The notes beneath the pieces are model-generated. The model did no database searches, was not told the DNA's origin, and worked only from the letters and a program-made list of their open reading frames with translations. Of a stretch of DNA of 64,000 bases, positions 9,417 through 19,651 are shown one piece after another; the stretch's first letter is position 1, and each line of letters opens with the position of its first letter. Location: IMG/VR virus record IMGVR_UViG_3300030380_005901, positions 32,001 to 96,000 of that record; one strand, 5' to 3'. Source of the stretch: a virus. The position numbers and the translations under genes were made by a program.

Positions 9417-12400
9417 TTAAGGCTCCATTTCCGTTCCATCTTCATTTAAAGCTTTAATATCTAAATTTTCATCCATTAATTCAAATTCTGGTGGATTCGT
9501 TGCAATTGCTTTAGGTCCATCACCTACTACTCCGATATTAAAATATCCTGTAGTTTTGACTTCTCTAGGTTCTTCACCTATCATTGCATCGTATACTTTG
9601 CTTTCTGTGTTTTTGTTTACATCTGAAACAGTTGCAGATCTTGTTATATTTCTAACAGATTCTGCAGAAGAACAAAATTCGTCTGCCACTTCTTCTGCTG
9701 CTTTTAACTTAAATACAATATCTGCTTCATTATCTTTGGCACTATCAATAGTCTTACTCAATTTCTCTATTAATGATTCCGACTCTGCTTTTACATCAGA
9801 TGCAAGAGCTTTATTATTCTCAGAAATAGTTCGAGTTGCTTTGTTTGATGCCAAAGCAGATTGTCTTTCCTCAAATTCATTAGTAGCGTTGGAGGTATCC
9901 TCTTCTAAACCACTAACAGTTTTTTCAAGATCAGAAATATCTGATTGAAGTGATTTTTCGATATCTCTATTCTCAGCCAAAACAGCGTCTAGTGCTTCTA
10001 GCTCTTTCTTAGCATCTGCGATGTTTTGATTATACATATCTAATACACTTTGATCAGGAAACGGTCTAGCTTCTTCAGCAGCTTTTAAAGTTTCATTTAA
10101 CTTAACAGTGTTATCTGCTTCTGCCATACTACTTTCATTACTTATAATATCCTTCTGAACCTCATCTAACTTTGTATTCTTTTCAGATAACTCTGTTATA
10201 CTCACCTCATAATCAGCTTGTAATGTTTTTAATTCAGCCATAATTTTCTTCATTTCTAAATTAATTGTATTCATGTTTTCAGAAGCTTCATCTATTGCTT
10301 TAGTATACTCCTCAATTGCTGCAGTAAGATCTGCTACAAATGTTTCTTTAACATCTTTAGCTTCTTTACTTTCATCAATATTATATTGAGTTGAATCCAA
10401 CAGTCTTCTCAGTTTAACAATAGCCCTTCTAGACTCACTACATTTGTATGTACCTTTTTTAAGTATATCATCAATTGAAAATTCACAATCGTCTACTACT
10501 GGTGTATTTAAGTTAACATTCGTAGTTTTTTCTACTAAAACAGAAATTTGTGATCCTAATGCCGGTGCAAAATCAAATTCTAATTCTCCCCTTTGACCAA
10601 CAAATCCATTTTGTATCAAACCATTTAATGTAACAAGAATTACTTTATATTCTCCTTCTACTACGATATTAAAACTAGTTCTATTACCGTCAGGGAAAGG
10701 AAATATTAAAGCTTCTTCAATTGATACATTATCTACGGCTTCGTTGATGTCACTAACCAATCTTTCAGATATACAGTCAGATGTATTCAAAATCTCACCT
10801 ACTGCGTCAGAAACGTTAGTCTCTAAAACGTAGTTTTGCCATTCTGAATAAGCAACAGTAGAGTTAGAATCTTTTCCAAATCTATCTATATGTGCTTTTG
10901 CAGCTTCTACTACACTCTCAGGATGTGAACCAATCGGTGATTTTAAAATTGCAATCGCTTCTTCTGTTACTAATTTAAATACAGTTTTATTTACCTCTAA
11001 ATCCGTAACTGTTTCAACAGGATTTAATCCTATCTCTTCTTTAGTTTCCGCTCTGTATGATTCTTCGTCAGTATTATGTTCATTAAGATACCAAGCAAAA
11101 TGTCCAGCTTGACATTTAGCGTATGGTTCTAAATTTGTCTCACAAGTATAATCACTTAAATTTTGATTAATTTTAGAAATTTCATCTTCTAATTTAGCTA
11201 TTTCATCTTCTTTCTCTGCGCCTTCAAGTGCTCTTTGAACTTTAGATAATAACTGTTTTAGCATATCAATATAATCTACATATTGTTTATATACATCTTC
11301 TCTAAAATCTACTTGATTTAACCTGTCTCTCCAGTCATCGTAAGAAAATACTGAAGCTAATGTAGATGTTAAAGTAAAAGTATTTCTAAACCATACGGCT
11401 TTTTCATAATTAAACATATCTTCATCATCTAATTCTACACCATCTTCATCTGCTTTGTCTGCCATATCAAGTATAGCTTTCATTTCGGCAGCTTTTTCCT
11501 TAAATTCATCATTTAATACTCTGTAGTATTCACCTGTTCCTTCAGTGCTACCATCAACGCCAATACCTAATGCTCTTTCCGCTAACCCTGTTCTAAAAGA
11601 ATTTTCGTTAGTGTCATGCTCATTAAGATACCAAGCAAAATGTCCAGCTTGACATATAGCGTGTGAATCTAAATTTGTCTCACAAGTATATAAAGATAAC
11701 TCATTATCAATTTTAGAAATTTCATCTTCTAATTTAGCTATTTCATCTTCTTTCTCTGCGCCTTCGAGTGCACTTTGAAATTTAGATAACATCTTTTTTA
11801 AAGAACTAATAAAATCTACATATTTTCTATATACATCTTCTTTAAAATCTACTTGATTTAATCTATCTCTCCAGTCATCGTAAGAAAATACTGCAGCTAA
11901 CGTAGATGTTAAAGTAAAAGTATTTCTAAACCATACGGCTTTTTCATAATTAAACATATCTTCGTTATCTAATTCTACACCATCTTCTTCTGCTTTTTGA
12001 GCCATATCAAGTATAGCTCTCATTTCGTCAGCTTTTTCCCTAAATTCATCATGTAATACTCTGTAGTATTCACCTGTAAATTCAGTATTACCATCAACAC
12101 CAATACCTAATGCTCTAGTTTCTAAAATTTCTTTAAATTCATCAAAAGCATTTGTATCAATATCAAAAAAGTATTGAATCCCTTTCTCTAAGGTTGCAAT
12201 TCTTTTTGTTACATCTTCAGGATAAAGTTCATCTATATCTGTAATTCTTTCAAATTGTTCAACTATATCTGTAATTTTATCTTCTAGTTCAGCGTATTCA
12301 GGTTTGTTTACATCCGTCTGTTCTAGTTCAGAGTATAAGCTAACTAATTGTTTTCTTAACTTTTCAACGTGCTTACTATACTGTTCCATTTGAGATGAAT

Positions 12401-12935
12401 CTAAATCATCTACTACATTACTGAAATCTTTCAATTTCCAAGCTAAGAAGTGGATTGCACTATAAGTCTCACCAAAGTTTGATAACCATAATCTTGCATA
12501 TTCTGCTTCACCTGGTGCTGCACCATCTCCGGATTTAATGATTTTAATTGCTTCTGCTTGTTCTGCTAAATAATCTGTAATATCAGATTTTATTACTTCA
12601 GCAGTAAACTCACTATCTTTATCACCTGTTAAGAATTTTAAATCCTTTTCGATATTATCAATAGAGCTAGCAATACCATCACTTATACCTTCTATCGAAC
12701 CTGCCACTTTTTCAATTCTGGAAGTATTTTCTGCGATTTCTCCGCCTAATTCTTCTCCTTGTCTTGTAATCTCCTGACCTAACTTAGCATCTCCATCACT
12801 AATTTCTGATTGTAAACGAGTTTTAAATTCAGAAGATTCCGCGTTAGTTTGTCCATCGATATCTAATCTTGTACCTTGTTGAGGTACTTCTGGATTTCCT
12901 TTAAAAGGATCTCCGTCTTCGGGTATGTGTCCCAT
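9417..12935 (-). CDS. Large acidic coiled-coil protein with internal 180-aa duplication, probably structural
   Basis: Heptad-rich termini; PDGNRTSF..VTLNGLIQ..FDFAPALGSQI beta module of the kind seen in phage tail proteins. Confidence 0.6.
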   Translation of the reverse strand: MGHIPEDGDPFKGNPEVPQQGTRLDIDGQTNAESSEFKTRLQSEISDGDAKLGQEITRQGEELGGEIAENTSRIEKVAGSIEGISDGIASSIDNIEKDLKFLTGDKDSEFTAEVIKSDITDYLAEQAEAIKIIKSGDGAAPGEAEYARLWLSNFGETYSAIHFLAWKLKDFSNVVDDLDSSQMEQYSKHVEKLRKQLVSLYSELEQTDVNKPEYAELEDKITDIVEQFERITDIDELYPEDVTKRIATLEKGIQYFFDIDTNAFDEFKEILETRALGIGVDGNTEFTGEYYRVLHDEFREKADEMRAILDMAQKAEEDGVELDNEDMFNYEKAVWFRNTFTLTSTLAAVFSYDDWRDRLNQVDFKEDVYRKYVDFISSLKKMLSKFQSALEGAEKEDEIAKLEDEISKIDNELSLYTCETNLDSHAICQAGHFAWYLNEHDTNENSFRTGLAERALGIGVDGSTEGTGEYYRVLNDEFKEKAAEMKAILDMADKADEDGVELDDEDMFNYEKAVWFRNTFTLTSTLASVFSYDDWRDRLNQVDFREDVYKQYVDYIDMLKQLLSKVQRALEGAEKEDEIAKLEDEISKINQNLSDYTCETNLEPYAKCQAGHFAWYLNEHNTDEESYRAETKEEIGLNPVETVTDLEVNKTVFKLVTEEAIAILKSPIGSHPESVVEAAKAHIDRFGKDSNSTVAYSEWQNYVLETNVSDAVGEILNTSDCISERLVSDINEAVDNVSIEEALIFPFPDGNRTSFNIVVEGEYKVILVTLNGLIQNGFVGQRGELEFDFAPALGSQISVLVEKTTNVNLNTPVVDDCEFSIDDILKKGTYKCSESRRAIVKLRRLLDSTQYNIDESKEAKDVKETFVADLTAAIEEYTKAIDEASENMNTINLEMKKIMAELKTLQADYEVSITELSEKNTKLDEVQKDIISNESSMAEADNTVKLNETLKAAEEARPFPDQSVLDMYNQNIADAKKELEALDAVLAENRDIEKSLQSDISDLEKTVSGLEEDTSNATNEFEERQSALASNKATRTISENNKALASDVKAESESLIEKLSKTIDSAKDNEADIVFKLKAAEEVADEFCSSAESVRNITRSATVSDVNKNTESKVYDAMIGEEPREVKTTGYFNIGVVGDGPKAIATNPPEFELMDENLDIKALNEDGTEMEP
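11064..12116. repeat. In-frame tandem duplication, period 540 bp
   Basis: 11064-11576 matches 11604-12116 with scattered substitutions (e.g. cattaagataccaagcaaaatgtccagcttgacat at 11081 and 11621). Confidence 0.95.
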
Positions 12936-13055
12936 AATTTATTTATTTTTATTTGATTGTTATTATTTTGAATTGTTTTTTATTATTGCGCAATTTATTC
13001 AATTCACTATATAAGTATACCCAAAATATAAAAGGTTAAGGGCGTAATTTAAATA

Positions 13056-13071
13056 TTACAAAACAATTACA
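13056..13071. promoter_or_regulatory. PhoB/OmpR-type direct repeat TTACA-N6-TTACA
   Basis: ttaca aaacaa ttaca, inside an imperfect palindrome at 13017-13103. Confidence 0.45.
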
Positions 13072-13117
13072 AAAACCTTACTTTTCAGTGTATTTTGGGG
13101 TATTTTTTCTTAAAAAT

Positions 13118-14713
13118 TTATATTAAATTTTCGTTAAGATATTGTTTAATTACTGATGGTATTTTAGACTCATCAACAGGGTAAGTTTTATTTAAATCTA
13201 TAATTAAAACATTAGGGTTAATTCCCATCGCTTTAGCGGTACAAAGTCTAGTATTTCCTGCCACTAACCAGTATCGATCATCAAATCTTGCAATAATAGG
13301 TGGGTGATAATTTCCCTCATTAAATTTCTTTTTTAATTTTAATGGATTACCTTTTTGATATTTGTTTGCAATTTTAAATACTTCATCAAAATCTCCCTTG
13401 TTAATATCTACTGATTCACTATTTTCTAATTGATTCCATATTTTATATTTTAAAGGTTGTGGTGTTGCGTTTTCTATCTCTTTTGATACATCTTCTACTG
13501 TTGTATTAAAATTATGGTGTCTACTTAAATCTTGTACTACTCTTTGTATCTCATCCATTTCTTTTTTAACATCCTTTTTAGATTCCCATATATTATATTT
13601 TTTATTATATTTTTCCTTTTGTTTTCGTCTCTTTTCTATAAGAGGAATTTTTAATGTCTCCACCTTTTCTTTTAACTTTTTAAGGTATTCGGAATCGAAA
13701 TACTCTAATTCTCCTCTTGTAGAAAAACCATAAGCCTCAATTAATTCATTGGCAAAGTATTTAATAAAAGAAGACATTCTTTCAAAATTTTCGTCTAATA
13801 ACCAAGTTATATTAAATTTATACTTTTTATCATTAGGGAATTGTGGGGTGATAAAATTTCCAAACCAAGGACTACTTGTTGACCAAGCATCATAGTCCGT
13901 CACATATAAGTTCATTTCAGTTTTCTCAACCATTCTTTTAACCACCTTATCTATAAAGTTTTTAACTTCTTCATTGGGTATAGTTTCATCATAATTATTA
14001 AAGGATTCATTTATTGATTCTCTAACACTACTCCTAAGTTTGGTATCTTTGTTGAGATTAATAACTTTAATTTTAAAATCTAAGTATGAATCTTTTTTTC
14101 TTATTAGCCATTCCCTTTCTAGTGTTCTTTCTATTTCATCTTGTAAAGGGTGTTGTACTATAGCAGTAGGTTGTCCATCATCTTTATCTATGTAAACAGT
14201 GAATATCATTTCGCCCCACATATCATAAGTCCATGTTACATTTATAACTTCGTCCCATCGTTGTTCTATAAACTGTGCCAGTTTTTCTACGAACTTTTCA
14301 CTTACAGTTGGGTGTCCCATAATTTTATTAAAACCTTTTCTGGCGTATTTTTTGAATATGTTTTCTTCGTTGAGTTCTTCTGAAGTTTCCATATTCTCTA
14401 TTATGAAGTTACTTATTTTTGTATACATCTCTTTTAAGTATATTTCATATACATAATATGTTTCTCCTTTAGATAATGCGTATATATCTTCTACAAAATT
14501 CTCAAACCCTACTTTGAATAAATCTTGATGTGAACCTTCTCCTTTAAAATATGCCGCTGCAGTTGTTTTATGGTTATTAAATGGTACTGCAACTCTTACA
14601 TCATTCCATCCACCATCTCTAATAAAAGTAAGTTTAGTTGGTTTCCATAATAGTTTGGATTCCCCCACTAAACTATCTACTACATTTTTTATGAATTTTT
14701 TCTTAGGACTCAT
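13118..14713 (-). CDS. Multidomain protein: two copies of a helical phage domain and a C-terminal ParB/Srx-like domain
   Basis: KKFIKNVVDSLV..IYALS and KNFIDKVVKRMV..AYGFS repeats; PPIIA....LVAGNTRL; LNE/INE linkers. Confidence 0.6.
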   Translation of the reverse strand: MSPKKKFIKNVVDSLVGESKLLWKPTKLTFIRDGGWNDVRVAVPFNNHKTTAAAYFKGEGSHQDLFKVGFENFVEDIYALSKGETYYVYEIYLKEMYTKISNFIIENMETSEELNEENIFKKYARKGFNKIMGHPTVSEKFVEKLAQFIEQRWDEVINVTWTYDMWGEMIFTVYIDKDDGQPTAIVQHPLQDEIERTLEREWLIRKKDSYLDFKIKVINLNKDTKLRSSVRESINESFNNYDETIPNEEVKNFIDKVVKRMVEKTEMNLYVTDYDAWSTSSPWFGNFITPQFPNDKKYKFNITWLLDENFERMSSFIKYFANELIEAYGFSTRGELEYFDSEYLKKLKEKVETLKIPLIEKRRKQKEKYNKKYNIWESKKDVKKEMDEIQRVVQDLSRHHNFNTTVEDVSKEIENATPQPLKYKIWNQLENSESVDINKGDFDEVFKIANKYQKGNPLKLKKKFNEGNYHPPIIARFDDRYWLVAGNTRLCTAKAMGINPNVLIIDLNKTYPVDESKIPSVIKQYLNENLI

Positions 14714-14732
14714 AATTATAAATATTATCTAT

Positions 14733-15311
14733 TTATAAAAACAAGTTGAATTTAATCATTTTGATTGCAATTGCCAAACATATTATACCGAATACCTTAC
14801 GCAATACCATCATACCATTCTTACCCAATACCTTAGATAGTCTGTCACTAAACTTCAAAGTAATATATACTACAATTAAATTTAGAATGATACCAATTAG
14901 TATAGTCCAAAAAGGGTAAAGAGAATTAAAAGAGATTATTGTAGTTAAAGAACCTGGTCCTGCGATAAGGGGAAACGCCAATGGTACTATAGATGAACCT
15001 TCCGTATCTGGTTCACTTTTAAAGAAGGTTAAACCTAAAACCAACTCTAACCCCATAAAGAATAATATAAGTCCACCAGCGATAGAGAATGAAGCCACAT
15101 CAATCCCTAAAAAGGATAAAGCTCTTTCACCAGTAAATAAAAACAAAACCATAATAAAAAAAGATATAAGAGTTGCCTTAAGACTTTCTATCTTTCCAAA
15201 TTTTTCTCTTAAATCTAATACTATGGGTATAGAACCAAATATATCTATCACCGCAAATAACGTCATCGTTATAGTTATAATTTCATTAAACATAATACCA
15301 CTTATATTCAT
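14733..15311 (-). CDS. MarC family membrane protein
   Basis: LFAVIDIFGSIP, SFSIAGG, IVPLAFPLIAGPG. Confidence 0.9.
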   Translation of the reverse strand: MNISGIMFNEIITITMTLFAVIDIFGSIPIVLDLREKFGKIESLKATLISFFIMVLFLFTGERALSFLGIDVASFSIAGGLILFFMGLELVLGLTFFKSEPDTEGSSIVPLAFPLIAGPGSLTTIISFNSLYPFWTILIGIILNLIVVYITLKFSDRLSKVLGKNGMMVLRKVFGIICLAIAIKMIKFNLFL

Positions 15312-15404
15312 ATAATTTATTTTATTCCTTTATTTAAATATAACATTTTGTAAAATAATTACATTAATTATTTGTTAATTTTTAAAATTATGTAGGGGAT
15401 TAAT

Positions 15405-15638
15405 TTATATCAATTTAGACAACTCAATACACTTTTCAAAATCCTCAGATTCTTTAAAATAATTTAACATATTTTCAATATCTTGTTTAGTGGGATTAGT
15501 TTCTATATTATGTGCAAATACTAAGTTTGAAATACCGTTTTCAACTATTAATTCTTCAATACTTTTATGATTCGTAAGTAAATCATAAGAATTATTCATC
15601 GCATTTTCCATATGTTTTAGTAAATCTATTTCGTCCAT
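15405..15638 (-). CDS. Small protein with C-terminal UVR-like motif
   Basis: YFKESEDFEKCIELSKL. Confidence 0.55.
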   Translation of the reverse strand: MDEIDLLKHMENAMNNSYDLLTNHKSIEELIVENGISNLVFAHNIETNPTKQDIENMLNYFKESEDFEKCIELSKLI

Positions 15639-15682
15639 ATTACTAATATAATATAAAAATATTAATAAATAAACAAAGTTTA

Positions 15683-16387
15683 TTATAAATTTTCTTTAGG
15701 GATGTATTTAAAATATTTGACTATAAAATTAGATTCTTCTTTACTATTAGGGTTTGCTTTTGTATCTACACTATTATTTATTATTACATTCATATTAGTG
15801 TGTCTAAAATGACGTAACACATAAGTATTAGTTATTTCTCTAACCATTTTATCATTATAAAATATTTGTATTTTGTCTCTATCCCATAAACACCCATACT
15901 TTATAAAATTTTTAGAAGGGTCTTTAAATCCCATCCAATGAGTTTCTGCACCCTCACTAGTATTATTAGGTACATCACCATAGTGAAAATTAGTTTGGAC
16001 ATTCCAAAACCCAAAGGGGTTTAAAAAATCAAAAGAAAAATACCCATTAGTTCTTCTTGTGTAACCCTCAAAAATATCTATTTCTGGTGGCCAAGAATCC
16101 CAAGACCACATCCAAAACGCTGGCCATAAATTCTTACCTCTCGGTAGTTTAGCTTCTATCTCAAAATATCCATACCCAAATTTTTCAGTACAAGATACTA
16201 AACCAACACCAATATTACTAGTTAGGTTTAATGATTCAAATTCTTTAGGGTTGTGATGTGTTTTGAGGTTTAAGTATCCATTATCATCAACAGACACTGC
16301 GGAAGGATCATACCAACAAATAGGTTTGTCAGGATGAATGTTTCCCCATCTTTCTTGTTTTATCCATTCGTATCCACTCCATTTCAT
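15683..16387 (-). CDS. Glycoside hydrolase family 16
   Basis: YGYFEIEAKLP, WPAFWM, EIDIFE (ExDxxE catalytic motif). Confidence 0.9.
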   Translation of the reverse strand: MKWSGYEWIKQERWGNIHPDKPICWYDPSAVSVDDNGYLNLKTHHNPKEFESLNLTSNIGVGLVSCTEKFGYGYFEIEAKLPRGKNLWPAFWMWSWDSWPPEIDIFEGYTRRTNGYFSFDFLNPFGFWNVQTNFHYGDVPNNTSEGAETHWMGFKDPSKNFIKYGCLWDRDKIQIFYNDKMVREITNTYVLRHFRHTNMNVIINNSVDTKANPNSKEESNFIVKYFKYIPKENL

Positions 16388-16429
16388 ATAAATAAATAGG
16401 AAGTATGATTACCATTATTTAGATAGATT

Positions 16430-16445
16430 TGTAAAAGTTTTGTAA
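16430..16445. promoter_or_regulatory. PhoB/OmpR-type direct repeat TGTAA-N6-TGTAA
   Basis: tgtaa aagttt tgtaa upstream of GH16. Confidence 0.55.
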
Positions 16446-16447
16446 CC

Positions 16448-17212
16448 CTATTTCTTAATAGGTGTCATTTTTTTCCATTTAGAAAGTATAAAATTTTCTA
16501 TTGTTACCCCCAATAATGTAGAAGGTCTAAATGCTATTTCGCCCGCATAAAACTTATTTTCTTTTTTACTGTAAAAGAAATCTATTCTAAAAAAGTCTAT
16601 TCTAAGTTCTTTTGCAATTTTTTTACAAATGTCATATTCTTTATCCCAATTAAAATAATTATTATTTTTATCTATGATATCTACCCTATCCCATTCTTTT
16701 GATCCGTCTCTTAAATCACCAACAATAGGACAACCATATAATACGAATACTTTAAACTCATAATCATAGTCTATAAACTCTTCTACTAACATTCCTTTTT
16801 CTGTTTCTTTCATCATTTTAGGTTCTGTTGATCTTGATGTTTTTTTTAGATTATCATTAAGACTTTTATTAACTTTTTCATAATTCCTATCATTTATGAA
16901 AACTCCATCACTTTCAGACATATGTGCTGGTTTTGCAACGTATATTTTGTGATATGATAAAATGTGTGCAATATCTCTCTCTATATTTGTATAATAATAA
17001 AGTTTTGGAACGTTCAACTCAAACTTTTCAAAAAACTTTTTAACTTCATACTTGTTGTAAAGTTTTTTAATAGTTTCACACTCAACACTATTTTTATGTG
17101 TCAAAGTTTTACGATAACTATATTCTATTGAAGTTTTATATTTATCATCAACATAATCATAATCAAATTGGGGTTGCCAGTTAATTAAGTTTTTAGTATT
17201 AAATTTTTTCAT
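16448..17212 (-). CDS. TupA-like ATP-grasp protein
   Basis: NKYEVK, VAKPAHMS, VEEFI, EFKVFV, FRIDFF, GEIAFRP. Confidence 0.75.
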   Translation of the reverse strand: MKKFNTKNLINWQPQFDYDYVDDKYKTSIEYSYRKTLTHKNSVECETIKKLYNKYEVKKFFEKFELNVPKLYYYTNIERDIAHILSYHKIYVAKPAHMSESDGVFINDRNYEKVNKSLNDNLKKTSRSTEPKMMKETEKGMLVEEFIDYDYEFKVFVLYGCPIVGDLRDGSKEWDRVDIIDKNNNYFNWDKEYDICKKIAKELRIDFFRIDFFYSKKENKFYAGEIAFRPSTLLGVTIENFILSKWKKMTPIKK

Positions 17213-17831
17213 AACTAACAGATATTGGTTCACCTTTTTTTATTATTTTTTTAGATCTCAAAAAAATTTCTTTACCTTTTTTAATAAGTAGAGAATTTGG
17301 GTTACCAGACTCTAATAAATACCCACCGATAGGGTTAGGTTCATAACAATCTGTTTTACTATAATAACTGTGGGAATGTCCAAAATCAAAATCTTTTATA
17401 ATATCTTTAGTTGCATAAAGAACATAATTCCCATTTCTTTCTTCTATAGAAACACAATCTGGTAGAGGAATGTAATGTTTATTTTTGTCAGTATCAGGTT
17501 TTGTAGGGTCATACCAACTATATTTTAGTAAAACCTCTTCACCTTTTTTAATATCTTTTGTGGTTATTAATTCAGTAACATATCCTTTACCGTTAGAAAA
17601 TTCTTTTTTTACTATGGGTAACCATGCGTTTTTATTGACTGAGTAATTAAAAAAACCCACAAAAGGGTTTCTTAAATGTTTAACCGGTGTTTCACTATAA
17701 TCGTAATAATGACATATACCTAAATTGCTTCCTTTTGGGATAAATTCTGTTGCAAAATAACCCAACCCATGTAATGGTGACTTTTTAAGTTCTACACACT
17801 TTGGTATGTTATATCCTTTTTTAATGTTCAT
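17199..17831 (-). CDS. Tandem SET-domain protein
   Basis: SPLHGLGYFAT..FFNYS..N..DIKKGEEVLLKY; second degenerate copy ending IKKGEPISVSY. Confidence 0.8.
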   Translation of the reverse strand: MNIKKGYNIPKCVELKKSPLHGLGYFATEFIPKGSNLGICHYYDYSETPVKHLRNPFVGFFNYSVNKNAWLPIVKKEFSNGKGYVTELITTKDIKKGEEVLLKYSWYDPTKPDTDKNKHYIPLPDCVSIEERNGNYVLYATKDIIKDFDFGHSHSYYSKTDCYEPNPIGGYLLESGNPNSLLIKKGKEIFLRSKKIIKKGEPISVSYEKI

Positions 17832-18792
17832 TTCTTAATTCATTTAACTTCATCAAATAATAAAAATAGTTCATTTTTGTAAATACTTCTAAATTTTTAG
17901 TTTTTGGTATTGTATATACATTCATAAGTCTATGTTGGGTGTACTCATCATCTTCTAATATCTCTATTTCTACATCTTTATTAGTTATTTTATTATATAT
18001 TAAATAGTTTTTGAAATGTTTAACAAAACTGTCATTCTTTATTCTACAAGAAAAAAATTGTGTGTTTTTTTCAGTATCATATAATGAAGAAACATTTACT
18101 AAAAAATTTAAAGATTTATCTAAATTTTTATGAATTTCCTGTTTATTGTAATCGCCAAATATTATGTTGTCATCCCACTTAAACCCATTAGCTTGACATA
18201 TTAAAACATTTAACGGTTTTATTTGTGTAGATTTAACTTTTATGAAAAGGTGTCTATATTTTTTATCTAAATACCTAAGTTTATAGTTTACATAATTTAA
18301 ACTTATTTTATCTAATTTTAAATTATTAGTTAAATATAATTTATTAGACATATATTTTTCATTACCAATTATATTAAAAACATTATTTTTTAATTTAACT
18401 TCTTTAATGTCATCTTTGATTATGTCAACGTTAGATCTACTTTTAATTTTTTCTATTAGCTCTTTCATAAATAAATTAGAACCTAAATTGATGTGATAAA
18501 GGGAAAAAGTAGTATATATTTTTTCTGTTATTGTATAAACATGTGGTAGTGGTCCTTTTATTTCAAATTTACTATCAACTTTTTTTAAGTCGTTATTTAC
18601 AATGTCAATATATTTTTTATGTTCTTTACCAACCCATTGCAAATGTACTCTAGCGTCTGATATTTGCCAAGCACCCCCTAAATTATCCTCTTTATCAATT
18701 AAACAAAGGTTTAAGTCTTTGAATGAATTAATATAACAATCTAATAAAAAAGAAATATTAGAAGAAATATATGTTATATCATATTTTTTCAT
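17821..18792 (-). CDS. Degenerate FAD/NAD(P)-binding Rossmann-like protein
   Basis: YDITYI..LCLIDKEDNLGGAW, but GxGxxG is replaced by SSNISF. Confidence 0.5.
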   Translation of the reverse strand: MKKYDITYISSNISFLLDCYINSFKDLNLCLIDKEDNLGGAWQISDARVHLQWVGKEHKKYIDIVNNDLKKVDSKFEIKGPLPHVYTITEKIYTTFSLYHINLGSNLFMKELIEKIKSRSNVDIIKDDIKEVKLKNNVFNIIGNEKYMSNKLYLTNNLKLDKISLNYVNYKLRYLDKKYRHLFIKVKSTQIKPLNVLICQANGFKWDDNIIFGDYNKQEIHKNLDKSLNFLVNVSSLYDTEKNTQFFSCRIKNDSFVKHFKNYLIYNKITNKDVEIEILEDDEYTQHRLMNVYTIPKTKNLEVFTKMNYFYYLMKLNELRNEH

Positions 18793-19363
18793 AGATATAG
18801 AAAGATTGTTTTTCCATCCAACTAACTGGATAGTAATGTGGGGTAATATATTTTCTTTGATCTTTATTCTTACTAATAGGTCTATAACTAATTATACTTA
18901 CTTTAGGCGTTTTTTTTAGTAAATCTTCGTTTGCATTATAAACATCTTTAGCATTAAAACACAAATTACTTTGCCATATTAAATCCCCTTCAGAAAATTC
19001 AAAATCATAAAAAGAGGTTTCCGAGAAAGTAATATTTTTTAAATTAAACTTGTCCACCATTTTTTTTGCAAAATTAACACGAAAAGAATGTATGTCAATA
19101 CCAATAGTCTCAACATTAGGATATAACTCATTCCAATAGAAATTAATCCATCCAATACTGGAACCCACCACCACCAGTCTTTTAGGTTTTATTTTTAAAT
19201 TATTTAATAGACTTTGAAATGTTTTTTGTGGTGTACTACCATAAGTAAATGCTATAGATTTTAAAGAATATTTGTACTTACTTTTTTTAGTACTTACAGT
19301 ATCTTCTGATCTAAAATTTTCCATATAATTATTTAGATCATTTAATAGTTCGGTGTTTTTCAT
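18779..19363 (-). CDS. Class I SAM-dependent methyltransferase, DOT1-like
   Basis: TYGST, VVVGSSIG, GIDI, DLIWQSNLCF, VSW. Confidence 0.65.
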   Translation of the reverse strand: MKNTELLNDLNNYMENFRSEDTVSTKKSKYKYSLKSIAFTYGSTPQKTFQSLLNNLKIKPKRLVVVGSSIGWINFYWNELYPNVETIGIDIHSFRVNFAKKMVDKFNLKNITFSETSFYDFEFSEGDLIWQSNLCFNAKDVYNANEDLLKKTPKVSIISYRPISKNKDQRKYITPHYYPVSWMEKQSFYIYEKI

Positions 19364-19413
19364 ATATAGTTTATATATAAATAACCAAACATTTTTTAAA
19401 CTTAGTAGAGTTT

Positions 19414-19429
19414 TGTCAAATAAATGTTA
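19414..19429. promoter_or_regulatory. PhoB/OmpR-type direct repeat TGTCA-N6-TGTTA
   Basis: tgtca aataaa tgtta upstream of the methyltransferase operon. Confidence 0.45.
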
Positions 19430-19651
19430 TTAAAGTTTAACTATTAATTCTGCCTTAGATAAAAATCCATATTCAGATGTTAAACCATAATCTACTAAAA
19501 CTTCATCTACAATTTTTTTCATGTTATCACTGTGTCCTGTAATAATAGTAACTTCATTTGTACCTTTTTGTAGATGTTCACCTAAAAATACATCTACTTT
19601 TCTAGGTACTTCATGATGTCTTATACCATGTAAATCTAATTTACTCATCAC
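19430..19651 (-). CDS. Smr/MutS2-domain protein
   Basis: LDLHG and ITGHS motifs. Confidence 0.75.
   Translation of the reverse strand: MMSKLDLHGIRHHEVPRKVDVFLGEHLQKGTNEVTIITGHSDNMKKIVDEVLVDYGLTSEYGFLSKAELIVKL

Noticed and set aside
15341-15377. TAACA/TGTAA/TTACA pentamers upstream of marC as another OmpR-type box
   Set aside because: Not arranged as an 11-bp direct repeat.
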